A stretch of DNA of 36,559 nucleotides from an uncultured Acetobacteraceae bacterium (lineage in GTDB: Bacteria > Pseudomonadota > Alphaproteobacteria > Acetobacterales > Acetobacteraceae): positions 1-36,559 of the forward strand of contig CAXTNC010000006.1 of NCBI GenBank assembly GCA_964245495.1, read 5' to 3'. The notes below the pieces were generated by a model, which saw nothing but the letters and a program-made list of their open reading frames with translations, was not told where the DNA came from and did not search any database. The position numbers and the translations under genes are program-made. Each line of letters starts with the position of its first letter. Within the stretch, counting starts at the first letter, position 1. Positions 17,496 to 27,641 of the stretch are shown in pieces.

Positions 17496-18181
17496 CCCGG
17501 TTCTCCTGGTGCTGGCCCGGTGGCGGCCGGTGGCCATTTGCAGGTGTTGAGCGCGCTGGTGACGAAAGCCACCAACCGGCTGACGACGATGTCGTGGGGC
17601 TGGTCCTCAAGCAGGTTCCCGGACAGCCGGCTGACCCTCTTGGGATTCGCCATGGTCAAGGTCAGCATTCCAACAAAGAAGTGATATGCCCAATGGATCT
17701 CAGCCCGGTCGTGATTCGGAAGCGACCGTTCCATGGCCGCCAGGAAGTCGCGGGCGATCGGATCGAGCAGGTCGCTCAAGATGCCCCGCTCGGCTTCTTG
17801 CGGATCGTTCACCTCGCGGGCGATCAGCCTCGTGTAGGAACATCCGTCCTCCGTGTCCCTCAGTTCGATCCAAGACCTGGCGAATGCGTCGAGCACAGCC
17901 TCGATCGTGGGCCGGCCGCCTTCGCAGGCCAATGCTGCGGCGAGGGCGGCCTGGCGGCGCTCGCTCACCGGCTTGAGCCGATTCTCGAACACCGCGCGGT
18001 AGAGCATGTCCTTGGTGCCGAAATGGTAGTTGATGAGCGCAATCTGAGCATCAGCCTCGTCGCCGATCTGGCGCAGCGACACGCCGTGGTAACCCCGCTC
18101 GGCGAACAGCCGTTCTGCCGCTGCAAGAATTCTTGCTCGCGTCGCTGAGCTCACCGACCCATCTCGCAGCCTAGTCCGCAC
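17492..18181 (-). CDS. TetR/AcrR family transcriptional regulator
   Basis: TRARILAAAERLFAERGYHGVSLRQI...LINYHFGTKDML helix-turn-helix. Start uncertain: GTG 18181 (GGAG RBS) or GTG 18154. Confidence 0.92.
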   Translation of the reverse strand: MRTRLRDGSVSSATRARILAAAERLFAERGYHGVSLRQIGDEADAQIALINYHFGTKDMLYRAVFENRLKPVSERRQAALAAALACEGGRPTIEAVLDAFARSWIELRDTEDGCSYTRLIAREVNDPQEAERGILSDLLDPIARDFLAAMERSLPNHDRAEIHWAYHFFVGMLTLTMANPKRVSRLSGNLLEDQPHDIVVSRLVAFVTSALNTCKWPPAATGPAPGEPG

Positions 18182-18200
18182 CAGCAAACTCCAGAGTTTA

Positions 18201-18237
18201 TTAGTCGATTGACTAAATTCTTGTCAACAGGCATTCT
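18201..18237. promoter_or_regulatory. TetR operator palindrome overlapping divergent sigma70-type promoters
   Basis: TTAGTC-GATT-GACTAA (18201-18216). On the + strand, TTGACT-N17-CATTCT (18209-18237). On the - strand, TTGACA at 18222-18227. Confidence 0.75.
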
Positions 18238-18325
18238 GGCCCGTACTCTTCGTCTGCTGCCGCGCGTCAAGGCCAAACTTGCGGGTGAGTTCAACCGCGG
18301 GAAAGCCAACAGGGAGGGGTTCGCT

Positions 18326-19315
18326 ATGCCGGGATGGCAATACACCAAAGGTTTGCACGAAGTCGGCAGGGACATCTGGGCCTACCTGCAACCTGACGGG
18401 TCCTGGGGTTGGAGCAACGCCGGGCTGATCGTCGATGGCGACCAGACCCTGCTGATCGACACGCTGTTCGACCTCAAGCTGACGCAGGAGATGCTCGACG
18501 ACATGCGGCGGTCCGTGCCCGCAGCCAAGCACATCAACACGCTGGTCAACACGCACGCCAACGGCGACCATTGCTACGGCAACGAGCTGGTCCGCGAAGC
18601 GGAGATCATCGGCTCGGAGGCCACGGCCCATGAACTGGCGGAGTTCCCCCCATCGGCCTTCCACCATTTGATGCTCACGGCCCAATCCTCCGGCGAGGGA
18701 GGCGCGTTCATCCAAGAGCTGTTCGAGCCGTTCGATTTCTCCGGCATCACGCTGACCAAGCCGACGCGCACCTTCACCGGGGAACTCGACCTGCGCGTCG
18801 GCAGCAAGGCGATCAAGCTGATCGAGGTCGGGCCGGCGCACACGCGCGGCGACACGCTGGTCTACCTTCCGGAGCACAAGGTCGTCTTTACGGGCGACAT
18901 CCTGTTCAACGAAGGGACGCCCATCGCATGGGCTGGCCCGGTGGGAAACTGGATCAAGGCCTGCAACCGCATCCTCGACATGGATGTAGACGTTGTCGTC
19001 CCCGGGCACGGCAACGTGGCCGACAAGCGCGCCGTGTCCGCCATGCGGGACTACCTCCAGTTCGTGACCGACGAGGCTCGCAAGCGTTTCGAGGCTGGGA
19101 TGTCGGCCATGGACGCCGCCTTCGACATCCCCCTGGGAGACTACGCCCAATGGGGGGATGCCGAGCGGATCGTCGTCACGGTCGCGACCTTGCATGCCGA
19201 GTTCCGCGGCGAAGACATGAAGTTCACGCCGGTGCCGCTGTTCGAGCAGATGTCCAAGATGCGCTGCAAGCTGGGCCGGTGCACGTGCCACAGCGGACCC
19301 TTGCGCGCCGAATAG
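18326..19315 (+). CDS. Metallo-beta-lactamase-fold hydrolase (cyclase/lactonase-like)
   Basis: WGWSNAGLI, THANGDH (HxNxDH variant), AHTRGD, GDI and PGHG. RBS GGAGG. Confidence 0.9.
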   Translation: MPGWQYTKGLHEVGRDIWAYLQPDGSWGWSNAGLIVDGDQTLLIDTLFDLKLTQEMLDDMRRSVPAAKHINTLVNTHANGDHCYGNELVREAEIIGSEATAHELAEFPPSAFHHLMLTAQSSGEGGAFIQELFEPFDFSGITLTKPTRTFTGELDLRVGSKAIKLIEVGPAHTRGDTLVYLPEHKVVFTGDILFNEGTPIAWAGPVGNWIKACNRILDMDVDVVVPGHGNVADKRAVSAMRDYLQFVTDEARKRFEAGMSAMDAAFDIPLGDYAQWGDAERIVVTVATLHAEFRGEDMKFTPVPLFEQMSKMRCKLGRCTCHSGPLRAE

Positions 19316-19366
19316 CCACGCGCCTGCCAATCTGTGCTTTCAAAGAGAACGAGTGGGAGCAGCGTC

Positions 19367-20584
19367 ATGGCCAACCGTTGGGTCGCGCTGGCGATCATCT
19401 TCCTGTCATTCATCCAATTCACGCTCAACTGGTTCTGCATCATTCCTGCATTCGGCGGCATCGCGGGCGAGATGCACCTTTCCTTCAACCAGATCGGGCT
19501 TATCGTCGGGGCTTTCATCGCTGGATACGGCATCGCGCACATCCCCGGCGGATGGATAGCGGAACGCTACGGCATGCGCGCGGCGATCCTTCTCGGGATC
19601 GGGGTCGAGACGGCCGGAGCAGGCATGACCGGGTGGGCGCCGTCCTACGAGACGCTGCTTGTCGGGCGCCTGCTCTGCGGGGTCGGCGGTTCCGTATACA
19701 TCGGCAGCGCGGTAGGGCTGACAGCCGCTTGGTTCCACGACCGGGAGCTTGCGTTGGCCAACAGCATCATCACCGGCATCGCCTTCACCGTCGGGGCCGC
19801 GATCGGCTTGTTCGGGTGGGGCTTCATCGTGACCGCGCTCGGCTGGCGCGAAGCGGTCGAGGTCGGAGCGGGGGTGGGCGTCGCGACTCTGGCGCTGATG
19901 CTTCTGCTGTTCCCGACGCCGCCCCACCGTGCGTCCGACATGGTGCTGGGTGAGCACCTTGGCATGGCTTCGCTGCGCCGGGTTTTCGGCAGCCGCATGC
20001 TTTGGCTGATGGGGCTGGCGTTCCTCGGCAGCTACGGCAGCTACTTCAGTGCGGCTCAACTGCTCCCGCACTACGCGCAGGCTCGGCTGGGCCTGGACGC
20101 TGCCGGTGCGGAACAGATCAGCGTCATCCTGCTGCTGAGCGGCGTGCCGGGGGCGTTCATCGGCGGCTGGCTCGCCGACCGCCTGTTCGGAGTCGTGCCC
20201 GTGTTCCTGGCGGGGTGTCTCCTTGAGGGGATTGCGTTGATCCTCGTCCCCTACCTTGGCGTGGTCGGGCTACAGGCCGCCGCAGCTGTCATCGGAGGAG
20301 CGACCATCACCGCCTTCGTCGTGTGGGTCACCATCCCCGGCCAGCAGAGCCAGGCGTTCCGCATCAGCGACGTTCCAACGGCCGTGGGATTGATGCTGAC
20401 GATCGTCGCCGTGGGCGGGGCTGCCATACCACCGCTCTACAGCATGGTCACGATGCGCTGGAACCCGGAATCGGCCTGGGCCTTCGAAGGCGTGGCATCC
20501 ATGGCCTTCGCCATCGTTGCCCTCCTGGCCCACGCTTCAACCGCCAAAGTCACCCCAGCGGCGCCGCTTGGCATCGGCGACTGA
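19367..20584 (+). CDS. MFS transporter
   Basis: Roughly 12 hydrophobic segments; motif A-like GWIAERYGMR and GWLADRLFG. Confidence 0.88.
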   Translation: MANRWVALAIIFLSFIQFTLNWFCIIPAFGGIAGEMHLSFNQIGLIVGAFIAGYGIAHIPGGWIAERYGMRAAILLGIGVETAGAGMTGWAPSYETLLVGRLLCGVGGSVYIGSAVGLTAAWFHDRELALANSIITGIAFTVGAAIGLFGWGFIVTALGWREAVEVGAGVGVATLALMLLLFPTPPHRASDMVLGEHLGMASLRRVFGSRMLWLMGLAFLGSYGSYFSAAQLLPHYAQARLGLDAAGAEQISVILLLSGVPGAFIGGWLADRLFGVVPVFLAGCLLEGIALILVPYLGVVGLQAAAAVIGGATITAFVVWVTIPGQQSQAFRISDVPTAVGLMLTIVAVGGAAIPPLYSMVTMRWNPESAWAFEGVASMAFAIVALLAHASTAKVTPAAPLGIGD

Positions 20585-20696
20585 GTCCTGAAGCTGCTCG
20601 ACAGCCTTCGGCGATGCGATCCTGAGCGTTGAAGCATTAAGCTTTGGCCGTTGCTGCAATGGGCAACGACAAGAAAACGATGTTGAGGGAACGTGC

Positions 20697-21587
20697 ATGA
20701 AGTGCCGTCACGTGTTTGCCGTACTTGTCTTGTTGCTTCCCTTTGCGGGCCGGGCGGAGGAAGGGATCACGCCGTACTTGCCCGGTGCCACCACTGGCGT
20801 GCCGGTCGGCGCCCTTCCCCCGCCGGGCTACTTCGCGACAGAGGACAACTACGTCGTGTTTGGCGAGTTGAAGGGCAGCAGCGGACAGTCCATCCCGGTC
20901 CGGATCACGAACTCCTCCGTCGCGGTATCGCTTCTCTGGTCATCGCCTTACCATGTCCTGGGAGCCCAATACGGCGCAGGCTTCGTGCAGATCGGCGCTT
21001 ACCACCAGGCCGATACGACGGACGTAGGCGGCGACAAGACGGGATCATTCGGCCTTTTCAACACCATTCTTGAACCACTGATACTTGCATGGAAGGTAGG
21101 GAATGGACTATTTGTCTCGACCGGGCAGTCTTTCTATTTACCAAATGGGGAGTTTCACCATAATGGCAGTGTGCGGGAGCAGACCTCGTATGCCAATGCC
21201 TTCTGGACCTATGAGCCAAGCGCAGCCATCTCCTATCTCAAGAACGGGTGGAACCTGACAGCGACCAACATTCTCGACGTGAATACAAAGGATGGTCAGA
21301 CCGACTACAAATCCGGCAACGTCTACTATCTTGACCTGACGGCAAAGAAAACCATTGGCAAGTTCTCCTTTGGCGTGATCGGGAACTACACGCAGCAGAT
21401 ATCGGACGACTACCAGTTCGGAAAGCGTGTCGGAGATGGCAACCGAGCTCAGCACGTCATGCTTGGCCCGCTCCTGCAGTACGATTTTGGTCCGGTCAAC
21501 GTCACCGCCCGCTATCTGAACGACGTGGAGACACGGAATGACATCGCGCTGCACATGTTCCACCTTTCACTCAGCACCGGCTTCTGA
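20697..21587 (+). CDS. SphA/COG4313 (phenol MetA-pathway-like) outer-membrane beta-barrel channel
   Basis: Signal peptide; YLPG...GALPPPGYF N-terminus, FWTYEPSAAISYL, TDYKSG, QQISDD and a C-terminal Phe. Confidence 0.8.
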   Translation: MKCRHVFAVLVLLLPFAGRAEEGITPYLPGATTGVPVGALPPPGYFATEDNYVVFGELKGSSGQSIPVRITNSSVAVSLLWSSPYHVLGAQYGAGFVQIGAYHQADTTDVGGDKTGSFGLFNTILEPLILAWKVGNGLFVSTGQSFYLPNGEFHHNGSVREQTSYANAFWTYEPSAAISYLKNGWNLTATNILDVNTKDGQTDYKSGNVYYLDLTAKKTIGKFSFGVIGNYTQQISDDYQFGKRVGDGNRAQHVMLGPLLQYDFGPVNVTARYLNDVETRNDIALHMFHLSLSTGF

Positions 21588-21606
21588 CGCTCGATTGCGG
21601 TGTCTT

Positions 21607-21645
21607 GGGATCAGCAGCCCACAGCAGAACCTGTGCTGATGACCC
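21607..21645. terminator. Imperfect hairpin between convergent genes
   Basis: GGGATCAGCA...TGCTGATGACCC just after the channel gene stop; no clear U-tract. Confidence 0.3.
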
Positions 21646-21792
21646 ATGGTTCAGCTGCGGCCACAGGCAACCCTGCATCCAGCACGCACCTCACGCTCGG
21701 CGCCACCCCGTCACTTCCCGGCTGGCCTTGGCGCACCCGGAGCAGGACTCGGCATCCTCCGCCATGGATTGTCTGGCACTTGGATCAGCCAT

Positions 21793-22536
21793 TCAATCCG
21801 CCAGGAACGCCGCCACCGTCGCGTTGAAAGCGGCCGGCTGTTCCGCGTGCAGCCAGTGTCCGGCGTCGTGGATCGCCACGAACCGCGCCGCCGGGAACAG
21901 CGCCAGGATGGCCGGGCGGTGCTCCGGCCGCACGTAGCCGGAGCGGGCACCGGTCACGAACAGCGCCGGGCCGCCGTAACGTCCCGCCCCGTCCCAGGCT
22001 TCGATCTCCGGCAGGCTTGCCGCGATCTGCGGCAGGCCGATGCGCCAGCCTTCGCCGGGGCGGAAGTTGTGCAGCAGGAAGCCGCGCACCGCCGGGTCCG
22101 GCACGTCCGGCGCCAGCAGCGCGTCGGCCTCCGTGCGCGAGGCGTGCGGCGGCAGCGCCAGCATGGCGCGGGCGAACGCGCCGAAATGCGACGGGTAGGC
22201 CACGGGCGCGATGTCCGCCACCACCAGCCGGGCCACCCGCTGCGGCGCGGACAGGGCAAGGCGCATGGCGACCTTGCCGCCCATCGAGTGCCCCAGGACG
22301 GAAGCGGCCGGCAGGCCCAGCGCGTCCATCGTTTCGGCCACGTCGGCGGCCATGGCGGCGTAGCCCATCGCCGGGTCGCGGCCGCTTTCGCCGTGGTTGC
22401 GCCCGTCCAGCGACACGACCCGGTGCGACGCCGCCAGCGCCCGCGCCACGCCGGCCAGGTTGCGGGCGGAGCCGAACAGCCCGTGCAGCAGCACCACGGG
22501 GCTGCCCGACCCGGCCTCGCGGTGCGCCAGCCGCAC
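21793..22536 (-). CDS. Alpha/beta-fold hydrolase (YbfF-like esterase)
   Basis: LLHGLFGSARN, DGRNHGES, nucleophile elbow GHSMGGK, DIAP and AGHWLHAEQP. GTG start 22536. Confidence 0.88.
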   Translation of the reverse strand: MRLAHREAGSGSPVVLLHGLFGSARNLAGVARALAASHRVVSLDGRNHGESGRDPAMGYAAMAADVAETMDALGLPAASVLGHSMGGKVAMRLALSAPQRVARLVVADIAPVAYPSHFGAFARAMLALPPHASRTEADALLAPDVPDPAVRGFLLHNFRPGEGWRIGLPQIAASLPEIEAWDGAGRYGGPALFVTGARSGYVRPEHRPAILALFPAARFVAIHDAGHWLHAEQPAAFNATVAAFLAD

Positions 22537-22538
22537 GG

Positions 22539-23534
22539 CTAGGCGGTGAGCATGATCTTGCCGACATGTTCGCTGCTTTCCATCAGCTTGTGCGCGGAAG
22601 CAGCGTCCGCCAGCGGAAAGACGCCATGGATCACCGGGGCCACCCGGCCGTCCTCCAGCATCGGCCATGCCTCCCGCAGCAGGGACTGCCCGATTGCGCC
22701 CTTCTGCGCCGCCGTGCGGGGGCGCATGGTGGAGCCGGTGACGGTCAGCCGCCGCAGCATGATGGGGCTGAGGTCGAGCTGCTCCACCTTCGGGCCGCCG
22801 CTGAACGCGATGATCACCAGCCGGCCATCCATCGCCAGGCAGCGCAGGTTCCGCTGCGCGTAGGGGCCGCCCACCATGTCCAGCACCACGTCCACCCCGG
22901 CGCCGTTGGTGAACTGCTTGATGCTGTCGGCGAAGTCGGCCGCCTTGTAGTTGATCGCCGCGTCCGCCCCGAGCTTCACGCAAGCCTCGCACTTCTCCGC
23001 CGACCCGGCCGTCACGTACACGCGGGCGCCACGGGCGTGCGCAAGCTGGATCGCGGTGGTGCCGATGCCGCTGCTGCCGCCGTGGATCAGCACGCTTTCG
23101 CCCGCGCGCAGCCGGCCGATGTCGAACAGGTTGGCCCAGACGGTGAAGAAGGTTTCGGGCAGGGCGGCGGCGCGCACGGCGTCGTAGCCCTCCGGCCAGG
23201 GCAGGCACTGGGCGGCGGGCACCACGCAGTATTCGGCATACCCCCCGCCGTTGGCCAGGCCGCACACGCGCGATCCGACCGGAAGCGGCGCGTCCGGACC
23301 GGCGGCGGCCACCTCGCCGGCCACCTCCAGGCCAAGGTGCGGGCTGGCGCCGGCGGGGGGCGGGTAAAGCCCCTTGCGCTGCATCACGTCCGGCCGGTTC
23401 ACCCCGGCGGCGGCCACGCGCACCAGCACCTCGCCGGGGCCCGGCCGCGGCACGGGGCCGCGCGCCAGGCGCATCGCCTCCGGGCCGCCGGGTTCTGCGA
23501 CCTCGATGAAGGCCATGGTGTCGGGGATGGTCAT
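22539..23534 (-). CDS. NAD(P)H-quinone oxidoreductase, PIG3 family
   Basis: [38 protein letters not shown] and HVGKIML. Confidence 0.92.
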   Translation of the reverse strand: MTIPDTMAFIEVAEPGGPEAMRLARGPVPRPGPGEVLVRVAAAGVNRPDVMQRKGLYPPPAGASPHLGLEVAGEVAAAGPDAPLPVGSRVCGLANGGGYAEYCVVPAAQCLPWPEGYDAVRAAALPETFFTVWANLFDIGRLRAGESVLIHGGSSGIGTTAIQLAHARGARVYVTAGSAEKCEACVKLGADAAINYKAADFADSIKQFTNGAGVDVVLDMVGGPYAQRNLRCLAMDGRLVIIAFSGGPKVEQLDLSPIMLRRLTVTGSTMRPRTAAQKGAIGQSLLREAWPMLEDGRVAPVIHGVFPLADAASAHKLMESSEHVGKIMLTA

Positions 23535-23557
23535 GCGGGTTCTCCAAGCAGGCTGCC

Positions 23558-24391
23558 TCAGCCGATCAGCCGTTCCGACTCGCGCCACAGCTGGCGCACC
23601 AGCACCGGGTCCAGCGCCTGGCGGTTCGGCTTGGCCTGGCGGTTGTTCTTCCAGTAGCCCCCGGTGACGCCCTCCGCCAGCGGGGACAGCGCCACGTGCA
23701 GCGGCGTGTCCGCGCCGCGCTCGGGGGTGATCATGAACGGCTTGAGCAGCGCCCAGCCCCAGCCGATCGGCCCCGGCACCGCGCCGATCCGCGTCCTCAC
23801 CACGCCGGGGTGCACCACGTTGACGGTGACGCCCGTGCCCTCCAGCCGCCGCGCCCGCTCGAAGGTGGCCATCATCATGGCGAGCTTGGAGCGGCCATAG
23901 GCCCGCAGCGCGCCCCAGGACCGCTCGCCCTCCAGGTCCGTGATGTCCAGGGCGGCGCGGTCCGAGGCGCCGGAGCCGACGTTGACCACCCGGGCCGGCG
24001 CGCCAGCCTTCAGCGCCGCTTCCAGCGCCGCCGTCAGCGCGAACGGGGCGAGGTGGTTCACCGCCAGGATCATCTCGCGGCCCTCCGCCGTCACCTCCCG
24101 CTTGGGAGTGATAAGCCCGGCGTTGTTCACCAGCACGTCCACGCGGGGATGGGCCGCGGCGATGGCCTCGCCGGCTTGCCGCGCGGCCTGCAAGGAGGAC
24201 AGGTCCGCCAGCACCAGCTCCGTCGAGGCGCCGCGGGCCTGCTTGGCGATGAAGGCCTGCGTCGCCTCGCCGCGCGCCCGGTCGCGTGCGATCATGACGG
24301 TGTGCAGCCCGGCCCGCGCCAGGCCGAGCGCCACCCACTCGCCCAGGCCGGAGGTGGCGCCGGTGACGACGGCGATCTTCTGGTCAGCCAT
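23558..24391 (-). CDS. SDR family oxidoreductase (retinol dehydrogenase-like)
   Basis: [18 protein letters not shown] (YxxxK) and VHPGVVRT. Confidence 0.9.
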   Translation of the reverse strand: MADQKIAVVTGATSGLGEWVALGLARAGLHTVMIARDRARGEATQAFIAKQARGASTELVLADLSSLQAARQAGEAIAAAHPRVDVLVNNAGLITPKREVTAEGREMILAVNHLAPFALTAALEAALKAGAPARVVNVGSGASDRAALDITDLEGERSWGALRAYGRSKLAMMMATFERARRLEGTGVTVNVVHPGVVRTRIGAVPGPIGWGWALLKPFMITPERGADTPLHVALSPLAEGVTGGYWKNNRQAKPNRQALDPVLVRQLWRESERLIG

Positions 24392-24569
24392 GCATGCGCT
24401 CCTGCAACCGGCCTGGATAACGCCGGGCCTGGCAAACCGATGACATGTCGCGAAATTAAGCAAGTATTGATGCAGCTGCGATTGAATGGGCCATCACTTG
24501 GTTCCATGAAGGCCTGGACCGCCCGGGTCCCTGCCGAGCCGTGGTCAGTCGTTAGGAGCGGGCAGGCCT

Positions 24570-26402
24570 ATGTCCTCGCAAGCCGTCCCTGCCGCACCCG
24601 GCGTCATTCGGGCGCCACGGCTGCTGGACACCCCCCTCAAGCGCTTCCGGCGCGGCCTGGACGCGGTGGTGCACGCGCCGCAAACGTTGCGTGCCCTGGT
24701 CCGCACGGACGAGATCTGGCTCGTGGTGCTGGCGGCCGGCGTGGGCGTGGCCTCCGGCCTGTGCGTCCACGTCATGGCGACGGCCACCCAGTACGCCCAC
24801 GAGGTCCTGTTCCGCCTGCAAGCAGGCGAGCGGGTGTCCGGCGCCGTATCCCTCGATCCGTGGCGCGCCATGGGCGTCCCGGCGGCGGGCGGGCTGCTGG
24901 TGGGGTTAGTGGGCCTGGCCGTGGCGCGCTGGTGGAACCGCCGCACGGTGGACCCGATCGAGGCCAACGCCATCCAGGGCGGCCGCATGTCGCTCAGCGA
25001 CAGCCTGATCGTGACGATGCAGACCGTGCTGTCCAACGGCGTCGGCGCGTCCGTGGGGCTGGAAGCGGGCTACACCCAGATCAGCTCCGCCATCGCCTCC
25101 CGGCTCGGCCGCTCGTTCCGGCTGCGGCGCAACGACCTGCGGCTGCTGGTGGGGTGCGGGGCGGCCGGCGCCATCGCGGCGGCGTTCCAGGCGCCGCTCA
25201 CCGGGTCGTTCTACGCGTTCGAGCTGGTGATCGGCACCTACTCGCTGGCCACGCTGGCGCCCGTGGTGGTGTCGGCCATCTGCGCCGTGCTCGTGACCCG
25301 CGTGCTCAACACCCAGGGCGCCGGGTTCGACATCCGGGTGCCGACGGTGCTGGAGCCGGTGGATTACCTGCCGGTGCTGGCGCTGGGCATGGTGTGCGCG
25401 CTGGGCGGCATCGCGCTGATGCGCGGGGTGACGCTGGTGGAGTCCTGGTTCCGCCGCAGCCGGGTGCCGACGTGGCTGCGGCCGGTGCTGGGCGGGGCGG
25501 TGCTGGGCGGGCTGGCGCTGTGGTCGCCGCAGGTGCTGTCCTCCGGGCACGAGGCGCTGCGGCTGGGGCTGGATGCGCCCTATCCTGCCACCCACATCGC
25601 GCTGCTGATCCTGGCCAAGTCGGTGGCGTCGGCGGTGTCGATCGGCTCTGGCTTCCGCGGCGGGCTGTTCTTCGCCTCCCTGCTGCTGGGCTCCATGGTG
25701 GGCAAGCTGTTCGCCGCCGGGTTGGCCGCCGTCACCGCCACGCAGGCGCTGCCGGCGGTGGTGTGCGCCCTGGTGGGCATGAGCGCGCTGGCCGTGGCGG
25801 TGGTGGGCGGGCCGCTGACCATGGCGTTCCTGGCGCTGGAAAGCACCGGCAGCCTGCCGATGACCATCGCAGTGCTGGCCGCTTCCGTCGTGTCCTCGTT
25901 GACGGTGCGGCGAATCTTCGGCTACTCGTTCGCCACCTGGCGCTTCCACCTGCGCGGCGAGGCGATCCGCTCGGCGGTCGACATCGGCTGGGTCCGCAAT
26001 CTCACGGTCGGGCGGATGATGCGCAAGGACGTGCGCACGGTGCGCGGCAACGTCACGGTGGCGGCCTTCAAGCGGCAGGTGCCGCTCGGCTCGGCGGACC
26101 GCGTGGTGGTGACGGACGAGGCTGGGCACTATGCCGGCATGGTGCTGACGCCGGAGGCGCACCTGGCGGAGGAGCCGGACAGCCGCGTGTCCGCCCTGCT
26201 GCACTATCCGGCCGACGTGCTGCTGCCGCAGATGACCATCAAGGAAGCGGTGCAGATGTTCGAGGCCACGGAATCGGACGCCCTGGCGGTGGTGGACGCG
26301 GCGGACACCCGCAGCGTCATCGGGCTGCTGACGGAGCAGCACGCGCTGCGCCGCTACACGGAGGAGCTGGACCGGCAGCGGCGGGACCTGTCCGGGGAGT
26401 AA
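24570..26402 (+). CDS. ClC-family chloride channel/antiporter with C-terminal CBS pair
   Basis: DPIEANA, GASVGLEAG, AFQAPLTG and GFRGGLF motifs; CBS-like C-terminus. Confidence 0.9.
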   Translation: MSSQAVPAAPGVIRAPRLLDTPLKRFRRGLDAVVHAPQTLRALVRTDEIWLVVLAAGVGVASGLCVHVMATATQYAHEVLFRLQAGERVSGAVSLDPWRAMGVPAAGGLLVGLVGLAVARWWNRRTVDPIEANAIQGGRMSLSDSLIVTMQTVLSNGVGASVGLEAGYTQISSAIASRLGRSFRLRRNDLRLLVGCGAAGAIAAAFQAPLTGSFYAFELVIGTYSLATLAPVVVSAICAVLVTRVLNTQGAGFDIRVPTVLEPVDYLPVLALGMVCALGGIALMRGVTLVESWFRRSRVPTWLRPVLGGAVLGGLALWSPQVLSSGHEALRLGLDAPYPATHIALLILAKSVASAVSIGSGFRGGLFFASLLLGSMVGKLFAAGLAAVTATQALPAVVCALVGMSALAVAVVGGPLTMAFLALESTGSLPMTIAVLAASVVSSLTVRRIFGYSFATWRFHLRGEAIRSAVDIGWVRNLTVGRMMRKDVRTVRGNVTVAAFKRQVPLGSADRVVVTDEAGHYAGMVLTPEAHLAEEPDSRVSALLHYPADVLLPQMTIKEAVQMFEATESDALAVVDAADTRSVIGLLTEQHALRRYTEELDRQRRDLSGE

Positions 26403-26406
26403 GGCG

Positions 26407-26889
26407 CTACAGGGCCGCCAGCACCGTCTCCGCCCGGCTCACGTCGAAGTCGCCGGGCGCCTCGACGGCCAGGTGGGTGACCTTGCGGTCCACCGCCACC
26501 ATGGCGAAGCGCTGGCTGCGCACGCCCAAGCCCCGCGCCGTCAGGTCCAGCTCCAGGCCCATCGCCTTGGTGAGGGTGGCGGAACCGTCGGCCAGCATGA
26601 CGACCTTGCCTTCCACGCCCTGCTCCTTGCCCCAGGCGGCCAGCACAAACGGGTCGTTCACCGCCATGCACACCACCGTGTCCGCCCCCTTGGCCGCGAA
26701 CGCTTCCGCCTGCTGCACGTAGCCGGGCAGGTGCTTGGCGCTGCACGTGGGGGTGAAGGCGCCCGGGGTGGCGAACAGCACCACCGTCTTGCCGCCGAAC
26801 AGGCCCGCCGTGCTGTCCTCGTGCGGCCCGTCCGGGCCGGCGATGGTGAGCTTCATGTCAGGCAGCGTGTCGCCCACTTTGATCGTCAT
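26407..26889 (-). CDS. Peroxiredoxin, Prx5 type
   Basis: PGAFTPTCSAKHLPGY, VNDPFV and RSQRFAM. Confidence 0.93.
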   Translation of the reverse strand: MTIKVGDTLPDMKLTIAGPDGPHEDSTAGLFGGKTVVLFATPGAFTPTCSAKHLPGYVQQAEAFAAKGADTVVCMAVNDPFVLAAWGKEQGVEGKVVMLADGSATLTKAMGLELDLTARGLGVRSQRFAMVAVDRKVTHLAVEAPGDFDVSRAETVLAAL

Positions 26890-26994
26890 GATGCAAGCCC
26901 TGTCATGCTGGCGGGACGCTAGCGGGACGGCGCGGCCCTGTCACGCATCCGCCGGGCCATTGCGGCGTCCAGCTTCTGCGCCAAGATGAACGTC

Positions 26995-27576
26995 ATGCGA
27001 GCGATGACACCTTCCGGTGACGATGCCGGGCTGACCGGGCAGCTGCTGGTGGCGATGCCTGCGCTGGACGACCCGCGGTTCAGCCGCAGCGTCATCTACA
27101 TGTGCGCGCACACGGAGGAGGGCGCGATGGGCCTGGTGCTCAACCGCCCCCTGGCCAGCCCCGGCTTCGACGACCTGCTCAAGCAGCTCGACGTGCTGCC
27201 CGCCCCGCCGGTCCGGCGCATCGCCCTGTGCGACGGCGGCCCGGTGGACGGCGCGCGCGGCTTCGTGCTGCACACGGCCGACTGGTCCGGGGACGGCAGC
27301 CTGCAGGTCGACGAGTCGGTCGCGCTCACCGCCAGCCTGGACGTGCTGAAGGCGATCGCCTCCGGGGACGGGCCGAAGGAGGGCCTGCTGGCGCTGGGAT
27401 ACGCCAGCTGGGACGCAGGCCAGCTGGACGACGAGATCAAGGCCAACGCCTGGCTGTCCGTGCCCGCCTCGCTGGACCTGGTGTTCGACGCCGACCACAG
27501 CACCAAGTGGCACCGCGCCTTCGCCTCCATCCGGGTGGACCCGGCGCTGCTGTCCGGCACCGCCGGGCACGCCTGA
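26995..27576 (+). CDS. YqgE/AlgH (UPF0301) family protein
   Basis: LLVAMP, FSRSVIY, GAMGLVLNRP, GGPV, LGYASW..GQL, NAWL and C-terminal AGHA. Start could be 26986, 26995 or 27004. Confidence 0.92.
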   Translation: MRAMTPSGDDAGLTGQLLVAMPALDDPRFSRSVIYMCAHTEEGAMGLVLNRPLASPGFDDLLKQLDVLPAPPVRRIALCDGGPVDGARGFVLHTADWSGDGSLQVDESVALTASLDVLKAIASGDGPKEGLLALGYASWDAGQLDDEIKANAWLSVPASLDLVFDADHSTKWHRAFASIRVDPALLSGTAGHA

Positions 27577-27641
27577 GCCGCCGCACTGGAAATCACCAGC
27601 CGGTTCGGTGCAGGCTTCCTGACCAACCAGGAAGCTGACCC

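Noticed and set aside
24392-24569. Fluoride riboswitch upstream of the ClC gene
   Set aside because: No GGCGATGG...CGCC / GCTGATGAC core was found, and the protein has GLEAG rather than CLC-F-type motifs.
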